Assembly (NCBI RefSeq): GCF_001194135.2
Contig: NC_068983.1
Location: forward strand, 73,042,811-73,106,810
Direction: 5' to 3'
Length of the DNA: 64,000 nt
Source of the DNA: Octopus bimaculoides
Taxonomy: Eukaryota
The notes below the pieces were generated by a model. That model did no database searches and was not told the DNA's origin. It saw only the letters and a program-made list of their open reading frames with translations. Positions within the stretch are counted from its first letter, which is position 1, and each line of letters starts with the position of its first letter. The translations under genes and the position numbers were made by a program. This document shows, in pieces, positions 25,628 to 39,021 of the stretch.

Positions 25628-25846
25628 CCCTTAAACATTTAAATTAGCCATAACCGGCCTAAATATTCTGCCGGTTTTATGGTCAAACTGGCCAAATCTG
25701 GCCTCTCACATATACCCTACAATGTCATTCTAAAAATAAACAATCAATCATCAAAATCGTGAGGCTGAGAGATAATGTATGAATATTTCAAAACAATGTG
25801 AATAAATACTTATTACATTTGACAAAATAGTCTGAATGTTAAAGAG
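25628..25846. mobile_element. piggyBac-type MITE (second family)
   Basis: TTAA|cccttaaacatt ... aatgttaaagag|ttta. Reverse-complement homologous to 36555-36759 and 46715-46908. Confidence 0.75.
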
Positions 25847-26659
25847 TTTAGAATTTGAAAAGTTTTCTCCAAACAAAATGACAACTACGCCACAAATGTA
25901 ATTAGTAAGCAGATTCATGAGCAGCTATATTCTCATAAACTATATGAAGAGAGACTTAAATATAATAAAAATTGTTCAATATCACTCCTATTAGATATAT
26001 AATTGAATGTGATTAGTATGGTTAATATGGAATTTGAAGAATTAGAGTGTCATGCATAAGAAAAAACACTGGACGGCAGTGTTTCAAGAACTGAAAGATT
26101 AACTACACTGGTTCAGGCAGAGTTTAAAATAAAATATAATATGCAGTGGTAAAGTGGAAGGACAGGTTGAACAGCTTTGTTCAAGTGAAAGTGGAATGGA
26201 CATGCACAACCATGAGGAATAGGTGAGAGAGTTTCACTGAAGAGTTTATCGATCATTTCAGATCTGTATTAGTTTAGTAAGTGGCTTCATTTGAGATCAA
26301 GCATTCAAAGTGAATGAATTAAATTGTGGAAGAGCCATGATAGTCATTTATTTCCTATCACAATTAGTAAACAATAATGTCATTGGTTACAAATTTCCAC
26401 CTAGCCAATCACTTGCTTACTGCATTTCTGATAGTGAGTGACAAGGGAGTATCTATAACTCCAAATAGAATATTGAAAAGGGCTTCATTCGAAGAGAATG
26501 ATATACACATACATACAATATTTATGGGTGCAGGTAGAGTTATGTGATTAAGAATTTTGAAAACTACATGGCTTCATGCTCAATCCACTGCAAGGTACCT
26601 TGGTTAGTGTCTTCTATCATAGACATGAACCATTCCTAAAGACAAGCACTACCCATCAG

Positions 26660-26770
26660 TCTTTAGTGAAGTCCATTTTGTTGGATGTATTTATGCCACC
26701 AGGTCTCCAGTCTGAGAATAACTTTCGCCTGCCAGTCTCTGAAACCTTCAAAAGAGCCATGGACATTGCC
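26660..26770 (-). mobile_element. Possible mariner transposase C-terminal remnant
   Basis: Translates to ...LRLETWWHKYIQQNGLH*, loosely like the mariner ending LxxRWxKCIxxNGxY. Short and degenerate. Confidence 0.25.
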
Positions 26771-29700
26771 CTTCTAATTTATATAAGTGTATATGTGTAT
26801 ACAAGATGACTACAAAGTCTGGATACATAGGCGAAAATGCATATTTTCAATAGCATTTTCAAGCTCAAATGCAATATCTCTATATTTCTGTTAATTTGAA
26901 CACATTCATTTATCCAGGCTTTATGGTCAGCCTGTAAATAACATCATTATCATCATCATTTAACATCCACTTTCCATGCTGGCATAGGTAAGAAGGTTTG
27001 ACTGGAAGTTGTAAGCCAGAGAGCTGTACCAAGTTCCAGTCTGATTTGGCATGGTTTCTACGACTGAATGCCCTTCCTAATGTCAACTACTCCAAAAGTG
27101 TAGTGGGTGCCTTTTATGTGTCACAAGCATGGGTGCCTATTACATGTCATACACATATTCACATCACATACATGCACAAGAGGCTTTAACACAGCTTCCA
27201 GTTATAGTAGAAGACACTTACTCAAGATGCTGTGCACTGGGATATAATTCTCAACATAGTTGAGAAACAAACTTTTTGACCACTGCACTATGCCTACACT
27301 CATTTAAAATGCACATATGATTACAGATATATATATTCACTGTTGTTTTATGTTGTGATAGTATTATACAATATAAAGTGTCAAAAAATGTCAGTACATA
27401 TATACAATCGGATCCCTGACACAATTTCCACTACATTTATTTATTGATCAGATTATTTTTGCTCATGGTTAAGAGGATTCACGGTAAAGTCATCGTAGGT
27501 AAATACATTGTGGTAAATACATCACCTGTAATTTTATTGCCTGGTAAATTCACTATAAGATAATTACATCACAACTAAGTACACTGCAAGGTAATTCTGC
27601 TACAGGTATATATATAGTAAGTAAAATTTACTGTCATAAATTTGAATAGCACAGTAAATATGTATTTTTTAAAAAATGGGATTTTAACTAAATTACAAAC
27701 GAAAAATAATATTTTTAATAGTTACAAAAAAAGTGAAAATTTACAAACAATATTTAAGAAATTGACTCTAAACACAATTAATTTCATTAACAGAAGTTCA
27801 AATAAAGCTGACACTATATTAAATTGGCAGAAGTAAGATATCTTCTAAAAAAAAAATTTTATGTTTAAAAGTCAATGAGTATTTTTAATTTGTGTACCTT
27901 ATAACAAACTGGGGGCACCATTTTGATGACTTAATTTTTCTTAATTGCCAGGCAAAGAAATACAGGTAATAACAACTGAAATAGCTATAGTAACTGATTT
28001 AACTAAAGAAATTAGAGTTCAATAAAAGTAAACAATATTTGGATTACAAGCCATTTATTAAGATGTGCATCATAAACACCATGTTTGGAGGCATATAAGA
28101 CATTTTTTTTTTTTTAAAGTTTCAAAAAAATAATTAAGAAAAGCCATCCCAGATCCTATAGTGTGATGTTGGGTTTCCCATAAGCTTTAATGCACCAAAA
28201 CCTTGTTTCCTGAATATGCACTGCTGAAATTGAGTATGTTTTTTATAACATCAAATATAGTATAACAGAAATGTCTGCAGTTGTATTTACTCTGGAGATA
28301 AGGAAAATGACAAATTTACCAACAATGTATTTACTCATGATGAAATTATTTTGAGTTCTATTTACTTGTAACAGAATTACCTAGTAATAAATTTATTATT
28401 TAATAAAATTACAGATTAATGTATTCACACACAATTAACTAGGCAAAAGTTAAAAGTTGTGATATCACGCTTACTGAAACAGTACTTAAATGGCAAGTAT
28501 AATATTTAGGCCAACCCCCAGCTCACAGTTGAAGTTATTTTCTGCCACTAAAGAGGAAGTGAAGTCTCTGTGGTGCGGGTTTTCACAATCATGTGACTTC
28601 ACATGGAAGGTAACTAGAGACGAGGAGTCCTTTGCTAGTACAACAAAAGGAAAAGGGAAGAGTTCATTTATGATAAAGGAGACTTCAAGCAGTTTTTCTT
28701 TAAAATAAGTAAAAGCTGTGAAAGACTTCATGTCAAATATTAACAGGGAGCTGGTACCCTGTAGAAGTTCAGGGGGGTTATTTTCTAATCAATCATATGT
28801 ATTCTCAAGACAGGCAATATGAAGCAAATATGTAGGAAAGAAGATGTGATATAGTAGTGATATATGAATATTGAATGAGGAGCAACTGTGAAGGCTGGAG
28901 ATAGGCAACTTGAGCACAATCTGTTAGATATGTATAATGTTCATTTGCTTGAAAAGTGCAATGGAAATACTGGATGAAAAAGTACCATAAATTATCAGAG
29001 GAAAATAACAAACAGAGGAAAGGAAGACAAAGGAAGAATTAGAACGAAGTAGTGAGATCAGATATCAGGCTAGTGGGCTTCGCAGATGAGAATACAAAAA
29101 CCCAAAATCCATGACAATATGCTAATTCAAAGGCCTCTACAACATATGCCAGTATGGAAACAGCCATTAAGATGTTGATGATAAGACTATCCACAAGAGG
29201 AAAGATAAGGTAAAGGTTCTTATAGGAGGAAATGATGATTGTCCTTAAAACAAACAGGAGAAAAATTCAAATAATGATTGACAGTTGTGGTGGCATTTAG
29301 TGCCTCAGATCTGATCAAGCAAACTTATAATCAAAGGTATTCATTCTAGCCACAACCACCCAGTCTTTTTCCTGTGCAGGGAACCCAAAGTCACATGAGC
29401 TAATCGGTCCTTTTGTAAGACTGGAGTGTGTGATTAGAAAGTAGTGTGAGATTAGATGGCTGCTATTTGTAGCAGATCAAGCAACCATGTAGGTGCTCCC
29501 TTATTGGTTTGTTGACAGTTATGTTTGTAGCTGAACTTACTTATCTGCAACCAACCACTTCCACTATCCTTTGTTGAATAAGAATTTTCATATTATTGTA
29601 ACAAGCTATATATATATATATATATTAGACTTCTCAACAGACAATTATTATATATATTTTCATTAAATCTCTGCCAAGATGTGTGTGAGTACACACACAT

Positions 29701-31129
29701 GCATGCAAACAATTGTTTGTGCATGTATAAATATATATATACACATATCTACACTCACACCCACGTACATAAAGCAGTTAAATATATGCTTAAGTACACA
29801 GAGCTACATCAGCATGTGTTCATAAACTTATTACTCACGCACATATACATAGAAAATATACTGCCTATACACAGACATATCAGTTTCGGATAATTGATTC
29901 TAAAAGTTTTTTAAAAAAAGTGCCCTTAAGCCAAACAACATTGTGACCTACTGATGTGAAGACAGGTAAATGACTTAGAAAGGATCAAAGTACTGAGCAG
30001 CAAAATATGAACAGCAAATTTAACTGTTTTACAGACATCTGAAATAGCTTTTCAGAAGATAGTCAGAAGGGAATTTCCAAACTATAGATGGAAGGCTTAA
30101 TTATATGCCACAGACCTAATTATATATGGTGTACCTATTAAAAGCATTAGATCTAAATCAGTTTAACACCATGATTTGGGCCTTGGATGCATTCACACAG
30201 CCCACTCTCACATTTACATCAAATCTCTAGTTTAAGAACAGCTGCTTCCTACAACAGCAATCCATGTGTCCTGGTTTGCTCATCTTTTTCCCATTAGTTA
30301 TGGATGTTGCTCTTCCTTCTCAAGAAGTCAAAGATTTCGATCAAATAATATATCTAACTATTCAGGAACCTTCAAAATAAGCAACAAGGATATCCAGAGG
30401 TAATGCAGTACGATCGTTTCATGCAACTCTATTTAATTGAACAATATAATCATTACATCAATTTAAAATGCAGGATCCTGTTTACTTAAACTTCATCTGC
30501 TAAACTGAGTCCGATGTAACAACAAAACTAGAGAGAAAACCTAAGTAAAAGAAAAGTTATTTAATTTAATTTCTTCCTTACCAATCTGTCTAAAACTACT
30601 CCTGCTCCTATGGATACCAAACTAGCTACCCATCTATATTAAAATGTTTGTATCTTAAAACTTCTAGAATCCATTATTACAGACATGAAACTACTAGATT
30701 TAAACAGGTAAAAGAGCCACCATAATTTTCAGTTGGAATTTTTTATGAAGTAATGTTATAAAAACCAGCTTAATATACCAATACATAACCAATATTAATT
30801 AATCTTCTCAAATTCCTTTGAAGCATAAAGGCAATCAGTCTTGCTTAGAAATAGAGTGAAGAGTGTAAAAAAATTACGGAAAAAATCTGGGCTGGAAAGT
30901 AAAATTGTCTCCTAACAAACTATGTTATTGCTACTACAATGGTTTCTGTGCCTTGGTCCTTACCTCCACCCAACACAGCTATACTATACCTGCTCATTCC
31001 TCCCCCAAACCTCATCCCTCTGAAATTCCCTTCCCAATTGGTATTTTGTTTTTTTCTTTTTCGTTCTTTTCTTGCAGCCACTGGCTTAAAAAATATTCTA
31101 ACTCAACATCTGTATTAATCTCACCAGTT

Positions 31130-31367
31130 TACTCTTTACCCTTTTACTCTTTTACTTGTTTCAGTCTTTTGACTGTGGCCATGCTGGAGCACTGCCTTTA
31201 GTCGAGCAACTCGACCCCAGGACTTATTCTTTGGAAGCCTAGTACTTATTTTATCGGTCTCTTTTGCCGAACCGCTAAGTTACGGGGACGTAAACACACC
31301 AGCATCAGTTGTCAAGCGATGTTGGAGGGACAAACACTGACACGCAAACATATACACACATACATAC

Positions 31368-31401
<34 letters not shown>

Positions 31402-31665
31402 GTATANNNNNNNNNNNNNNNNNNNNNNNNNNNNNNNNNNNNNNNNNNNNNNNNNNNNNNNNNNNNTATATATACATATATATATATATATATACATATA
31501 TACGACAGGCTTCTTTCAGTTTCCATCTACCAAATCCACTCACAAGGCTTTGGTCGGCCCGAGGCTATAGTAGAAGACACTTGCCCAAGATGCCACGCAG
31601 TGGGACTGAAACCGGAACCATGTGGTTGGTAAGCAAGCTACTTACCACACAGCCACTCCTATGCC
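31130..31665 (-). mobile_element. SINE family A, full length, with an expanded internal (TA)n and a 60-N gap (31407-31466)
   Basis: Head about 92% identical to 2720-2890 (14 differences in about 170 bp, hand count); complete tail with taaaagag repeats. Confidence 0.92.
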
Positions 31666-32385
31666 AAAGAAACTGCAGCAGAAAGCCATGAGCATTGCTT
31701 TTCCTAACTAAACTATAAAAGTATTTATTTTGCAAATAAAAAAAAAACATAAGCATTAAAAAACAAAAAAAAAGCCCAATAGATATGGATGGTTAATCGA
31801 GTTGATGGTACATGGTGAAAGGCAATTTCTTTGTCAGAAGTAGAGGGGGAAAGACATCCTGTAATTGATTGGATCATAAATATTCCAGCATTCAGGGTGA
31901 GCCAGACAAGAGATTAAAGAGTCATTGGAAAAATAAATAAAATAACACTTGAGACATCAGGATTCTCATCCTGTCTTCATTTCGAGCTAGCAGTTGTTGT
32001 TAACACTAAACCCTCAGACCTTCCTCGTAGGGTTTTATTTTCACTCTCGCCATTACAACAACTACCATTGTCTTTCCTATACCACAAGTGTTTATGTACA
32101 TGTATACAAGTCATACACTTAAACAAATAAAATGGAGAATTAAAAGCTATTAGGTAGACAATTATGTCATGAACTGTATCTCTCATACACACACAGATCT
32201 TCAAATTAGAATTCAGCTAATTGTCTGATATATATTGCCATAGATACTGAGGGTAATGAAGGAGCTAAACACTAAATTGAAAACAATACAATAAAACATG
32301 ATTATTTTACAAGCTGAAGCACTTCACACTTCCTCAAGTTCAAAAATAGTTTCACTATGAGCAAAAAGCACACACACATGTATAT

Positions 32386-32439
<54 letters not shown>

Positions 32440-32699
32440 GAAAACACAAACACACATTTTACATCCATTTGTCTATGATTACATTGATAGGATGGGTTAT
32501 TTACTTGTTTGTTTTTTTTAGCAATTACTTTTATAACCGGATGCTAGCAGAGGTACAACAGAGTGACCATAGTTATGTGGAACTCTTGGTTACATATGTG
32601 CTTAGTAGTCTAGCAACAAATTAACTTCAGCCATCATTGCATCTAATCATTATGGTGCACTTTGTAATTATCCGCCACATAAAATATATATATATATAT

Positions 32700-33255
32700 A
32701 GAGGAATGAATGTAAGGTAAGAAGTTTGTTTTCCAACCTCACGGTTCTGGGTTCAGTCCCAAAATGTGACAAGTGTCTTCTATTGTAGGCTTGGGTCAAC
32801 CAAAGTGGATTTGGCAGACAGAAACCAAAAGAAGCCTTTTGTGTGTGTGCATGCGTGTGCGCACACACACATGCCTGTATTTGTCCCTCACCACTGCTTG
32901 ACAACAAGGACAGGTGTGTTTACATACCTACAACTTGGCAGTTTGGCAAAAGAAAAGAATAAGTACCAGACTTTAAAAGATATAAGTACTGCAGTCTATT
33001 CATTTTCACTAAAATTCAAGGCAGGTGCGCTTGCATGGCCACAGTCATTAGACTGAAACAGGTAAAAGATAAAAGAACCCGTGTGGTGCCATGTAAAAGC
33101 ATCCAGCACACTCTGTAAGGTGATTAGCATTAGGTAGAGCATCTAGCCATAGAAACCATGCCAAAACAGATTAGAGTGTAGCTACCCAGCTTCGGTTACA
33201 CTGTCCAACCCATGCCAGCATGGACAACGGATGTTAAATGATGATGATGATGATG
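32700..33255 (+). mobile_element. SINE family A (32700-33072) directly followed by an RTE-type tail (33075-33255)
   Basis: Degenerate A head, body and tail, then gtgccatgtaaaagcatcc...ccatgccagcatggacaacggatgttaaatgatgatgatg. Confidence 0.8.
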
Positions 33256-36200
33256 ATATATACAGACATGACACAATCTTCCATCTTGTTTGATGATGTT
33301 GAACCAACCAACCCAACCATTTTAATTCAGTATAAAAACTGAACATTTGTATTAGAATTCCAACTTTTAGAGGTACTACCACCATTGTAGCATAAAAATG
33401 TGTACTTTTATATTATCCAATATAGCAGAGTTGTTATATTTTGGGCACATCCACTATTCAGGGCTAATATCAAATGTACTCAGTCCTTAAAATATACTTC
33501 AGGACTTCCATCATAGTTTAACTTTGAGCACCCAACATCTTTCACCTCACTATACCAAGTACTAAGGACAATGGTGATATTTCCTGATGCTTATTTTCTT
33601 GGATTTGTTTTACAAGAAATTGTCATTCTTTTAAGTAGAATTTTAGTAAAGATAATTATTTTAAAAAATTTTAGCAGACATGATAAATAAATTGAAATAT
33701 TCTATTTCTTCTTAAAGAAAATGAAACATTAACCTGATTAGCAATTCAGTTTCAAATTTTGAGCTTCGTCACAATACCTCATATAATTATTAACAAGTCA
33801 GAAGTGAAGTAGACTAATGGAATCCTGTATGATTCATTCAAGTCTACTAAAAATTCTGAAAATGTTTCTGTAGCTACTAACCAAATGAAGGTTAGGTCAT
33901 TATAAGCCTATGAATGCATCAGTAAATATTTAGAAGATTATGAAACAAAACTACTTTACAGCAGAGGATAATGGAAAATTAATCTTCCAACAAGATTTGA
34001 GAAAAATAAGTTATTTGCTACGAAATTTTCACTGAAAGAAAGATGTTTCTTCAATCCAAAAATGAACTCAAAATTTTCTATAGTTTTAAGAAGTGAGGAT
34101 TAAAAATGACCAAGTACATATGATTTATAGTATTGCTAATGATATTTTATAATAAACTTGTCAACAAAATGCTTAAATTATTCCATACAAAAATTACCCC
34201 CGCCCTACTAGCATAAAACTCTTCATGAAATGACCAATGACATTACATCATCATCATGTCCATTGTCCTAAAAAAAAAAAAAGTGCAACTCATAATTTGA
34301 AACAAAAGACTGGCAGAATTGTTAGAACATAAAAAAAAATGTCGTAACGTATAGTTCAATTCTCAGTTCAAATCCAGCCATGCTCAGCTTCACCTTTCAT
34401 CTTTCCTTGAGAGCTACTAAAAGTACCAGTTCAATACTGAGATTGATGCCATCAGCTATACTTCCCTAAGATGGGGTCATGAGCCCGTGTACGATCAGAT
34501 ATCATTACTACAATGTAGCAGCCATAAACAAACCAAGAAATAATCATTAATTCTACAAAGAATCAAGCTCACAAATCAAATGACTTCTAAAAACAGAAAA
34601 AAAAAGTCTTTAAACTTTTATGCATAATAGTCAGATTCACAATGCAAGAAGGCACTAAACAGATGTAACAGAAAATACATTTTTCATATCATAATTGAAA
34701 AAAAGAATTTAAAATACATTTTCAATTGCCCGGATCTTAGTAATTTCTTTATTTCACACACTACTTAGTCTAGCAGTTTTACTAAGCATGATATGTCATA
34801 TATATAAATAAGCTAAATAGCTAACCTCTGAATGAAGTAATTAACACCTACTATCTCACAAACAGTGGTTACATCTACATTTAAGTAACAAACCTGTATA
34901 CTAAGCAGTTAGTTCTATAGCTTCTTAGGTGTCTCGAGAGCTTTGAGAGATGTATGCGTGTGTGCCTAGACTCTTCATAGAAGGTTTCTCTATGTGAAGT
35001 TCATGATGAGTCTAAAACTCTCCACAACTGCTGTCAGGATACATGTGACTTAATATAGAATCATGACAGAGGATGATGAGTTACACACTTAACAACATAA
35101 AAAACAGATGGCAACAACACTTTCAGCTTACTCTTTGCAAAAAAAAAATAAATAAATAAAATGGAATTGCCAGCTATAATTCTGTACAATAAACTCCATT
35201 TAATAGCAAATTTGATTTGCTAACAACACTCTTCTGGATTTTATGCAGTCAATAGTTTGCCACTAAAGCTTCTACTGTATGATGTAATCATAGAAAGCAC
35301 TTGATAATCACCAAACTGACAATGTTTGTTCATTAGTAAGACACACCATTTATAACTTATCGTTCTAAACATTTTCCCCATTTCTCATAACTGGGTCACT
35401 TTTTATTTTTCCTAGATCAAAACTTAAAGCAGAATATTTATAAAAAAAGGTATTTACCTTCCCCAAAATCAAATCTCCCAAGATATTTTGTAATTGGAAG
35501 TGAGGTTAGCATTGTTTTGCTTTGTGTTTTTGTTTCGTTTTTTAACTTTTAATTTTTCCCATTTTATTAAAGCCTGAGAAGATGATATGAATTCATCTAT
35601 TTTTATTAGTTACTGTCACAAAAAAATTTCAAAACAGCACCCCTTTAATTCCATCTGCCCCGGTAGCACCATTTTTCTCTTTTGTTTCAAATAAAATTAA
35701 CTAAAATAAGCAAAATATAAAAACTGGGGTTGAAAAGCACCAATCAAATTACTGAAATGGAATGAATGAATTGGCTAATTAGAACTTTAAAAAATTCCAG
35801 AACATACAGGAGACTAAAATTTGAATCAATACTCCATCTTAAAATATTTAGAACTATACTATTTTTGTTCTTCCAATTCAGTTGTTAAAGTAGAAATAAA
35901 AAAAAAAAATCAATATGTATTAACAGATAGGTGTTGTTAAACACTAAAAAAATCAGAAAGAAGTTTTCCTAGCAATTAACTTACTACTGTCACAACTACC
36001 AATAAATAGTCTTAAATATTAAGGGACAGTAAAGTTCCAGTTATGCCACTGTCTTAATGGGAGAATGCTAGACATCTAAACTCTACTTCACTAAAAGCAA
36101 TGTTCTAATCACAGTCTCATAATACCAACAGAAGCAATATAAAAGAGGAAAAGAAAAAAAAAATCAAATATATTAACTACAAGATTAGCAATTAAGTGTA

Positions 36201-36554
36201 AATTTTTGACCTGTACTGTAAATGTTAGGGGGAAATCCTAGCCATGTTAATAAAAGATTCATCTAAAAGGTTTTCAGGTCATAACCTGAATTAGATTTTA
36301 ATGTTATCTGTCAGAATAATATATTCATAAATGAGTTTGGAACACCAGTTAATACTCCCTCTCACAGATGTTACACGATTACTGAGCTTAAGCCGATGAA
36401 GAATTCAATGAAATGAGTCAAAAATAGAAAAAAATTCAAATGCTGAATGAAATATTGTGATAATCACCTGAAGGAGAAAAATAGGGAGGTGGGGGTGGGG
36501 GTGTTAAAAAATAAACAAACACACTATAGGACATCTGAATGATTACTATATTAA

Positions 36555-36759
36555 CTTTTACTGTTAAACGCAATGCTTATTTATTCACATTGTTTTGAAT
36601 TAATCATGAATTATTTTGCACCTTCAAGATTTTGATGGTGTGGTAGTTTATCTTTAGAATGACATTGTAGGGTAGCTGTGAGAGGTCTGATCTGGCCAGG
36701 TTGAACATAAAATAGATACAATATTTTAGCCACCTATGACCAATTTAAATGTTACAGGG
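36555..36759. mobile_element. piggyBac-type MITE (second family)
   Basis: TTAA flanks at 36551-36554 and 36760-36763; homologous to 46715-46908. Confidence 0.78.
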
Positions 36760-38494
36760 TTAAACCATTATTGTTAGAGCAGTGGATTGGCATAATTGGT
36801 AAGGAGGAAGATATTTGCAAGGATATTAATTCCATCCCTTTGTGTTCAGAGTTCAAACACTGACATAATTGACTTTGCTTTTCATCTTTCCCAGGTCAAT
36901 AAACTATGCACCAGTCAAGTGTTGGGATAGATTTAATTAACTATATACCCTCATCCAATTAATTATTGCCTTGTGTTTTAGTCAGAAATTAAATTAGCAC
37001 TGTTACATCAATGAAAACAGGGTCTCTAAATTTATTTGTGCTATTTTTTAGCAATAATGATCCTTTGAACACCTCCAAAAAATCTTACAAAATATTTTTT
37101 TAATATAAAGAAGGTACAGTAAGTGATAGGTACCAAACTGTCTTAAGTAAGCATGTAGAATAATAAAACTATAGACAGAGAAGACAGGAGTCTGAAAATT
37201 TAGAGTTATTGTATAATGCTCTAAATATTTATTTATCAGCGACAAAGTATTAATACCGAAAGGTAATATTTATCTGTACTTAAATGTAGATGTTCTGTTA
37301 GAACAAACTATACTGTGGTAGTTACGAGAGAAACTTTTATATTGGCTTTTGGTCCAAAATACACTCTTGTTTATACTGCTAGCAGGGAGGTAAGTCCACA
37401 CAACCTCCAGCACTGAGACCACCAGATCATGTGATTTTGACCATCCTTGATCTTGTAAATGATAGACACCTAACCACTAGAGATAGCAGTGATTCATCTC
37501 ATTGCCAGCAATATATAGAATAACAGTGCTGGAACAGATGCTTTTGTCACGATTAGCGAGTGAGCTTGTTAAAAAATATAAAAAATGTTCTCAATAGGAT
37601 ATTACTATTCAAGTGAAAAATAGCAACTCTACAAGTCAGTATTAGTAAGAGCATCTAAGCCAAAGATACTTGATCTAAATATTTATAGAACCATAAAATA
37701 CTTGATTCAAATATACATATACTCATGTGAAGTCCATTGTCCATCCAATAAGAACAATAAATATAAATAGCTAAGATAAACACTGTAGCAAAGGCATTCA
37801 CAACAGAAACTAACATAATATTTCCGCCAAAAGAGAATACTGCATCCAGTATCACAGTCCCAGATCAAAGGAAATACGTTCTATGATCAAAGGTATTTCC
37901 ATAGGTATAGAATACCTAAGACATCATCCAATATGCCCTTCCTTTTTGAAGGGCATATTGGATGAAGGGGATTTAGTTGCTATTTCTCTAAAGTGACCAC
38001 ATTCATTTTACATCCATTTTTCCATGCTAACAAGGGTTAGGCAAATACATATTAAGGTATTGTTTTTACAGCTGGATGCCTTTCCTTTCATAAACCTCTA
38101 ACTGCATTTTAAGTAAGCATTTTTTTTTATCCCACTTGCTTTCAAAAACACAAAGCTAGAAGATAATTTTGTTGAGAGGCAATGTCAGCAATGTATTTAG
38201 TACAATGTATATATATAAAGAATGTGTGTGTGTGAGCACATTCATGTTTCTAGTCTTAACATTGTGCACTAATTGTAAATAAATGCCATTATAACATGAA
38301 TGGTGTCACTTGTTTACAACCATCTGTGAAAATGTCTGACAATTGTACTTTTTTTATGTTCAAAGGACTATGAGAAATATTACCTTACATGAAAACAGAT
38401 GAGAGTTGGTGACAAGAAGAGTACCCAACCACAGAAAATTTGCGTCATGAATTCCACCTGACTCATGCCAACATAAAAAGTATGTGGGTATGAA

Positions 38495-39021
38495 TACACG
38501 TATAACAGAGTGTAAGTGTCTTAAAAGAAAAATTGAGTATAAAAGACATCAGCTGAAGTGTGCTTGAGAGAAGTCTGTGCTGGTATGGTCATGTGATGCA
38601 TATGGACAAGGACAGTTGCATAAAGAAGTGCCAATCTCTAATTGTGGAAGGACCTGTGGAACAGGTAGACCCAGAAAGATGTGGAACAAGGTGGTGAAAT
38701 ATGATCTTCAGTTGTTGAGTTTCATGGAAGTGATGACAAGTGACCAAGACTTCTGGCAGTTTGCTGTGCTAGAGAAGAAATGTCAAGCTAAATGAAATCA
38801 TGGTCATGGACAGTGCCAAAGGCATCAGTGCCAGTGACACATAAAAGACACCCAGTACACACTATAGAATGGTTGGCATTAAGAAGGGCATCCATTAAGA
38901 AGGGCACAGAAAGCAAACCAAAACAAATGACTGGAGCCTGAAGCAGCTCTCCAGTTTACCAGCTCAGGTCAAACCGTCTAACCCATACCAGCATTCAAAA
39001 TAGGCGTTAAGTGATGATGAT
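38495..39021 (+). mobile_element. 5'-truncated RTE LINE (ORF end plus shortened 3' UTR)
   Basis: LKEKLSIKDIS*SVLERSLCWYGHVMHMDKDSCIKKCQSLIVEG/TCGTGRPRKMWNKVVKYDLQ...AVLEKKCQAK*; ends gttaagtgatgatgat. Confidence 0.88.

Noticed and set aside
35636-35672. Minus-strand ATG-GTG-CTA-CCG-GGG as a candidate Arp3 first exon
   Set aside because: It translates to MVLPGQMELKG, lacks the DxGTG motif and has no phase-2 donor.
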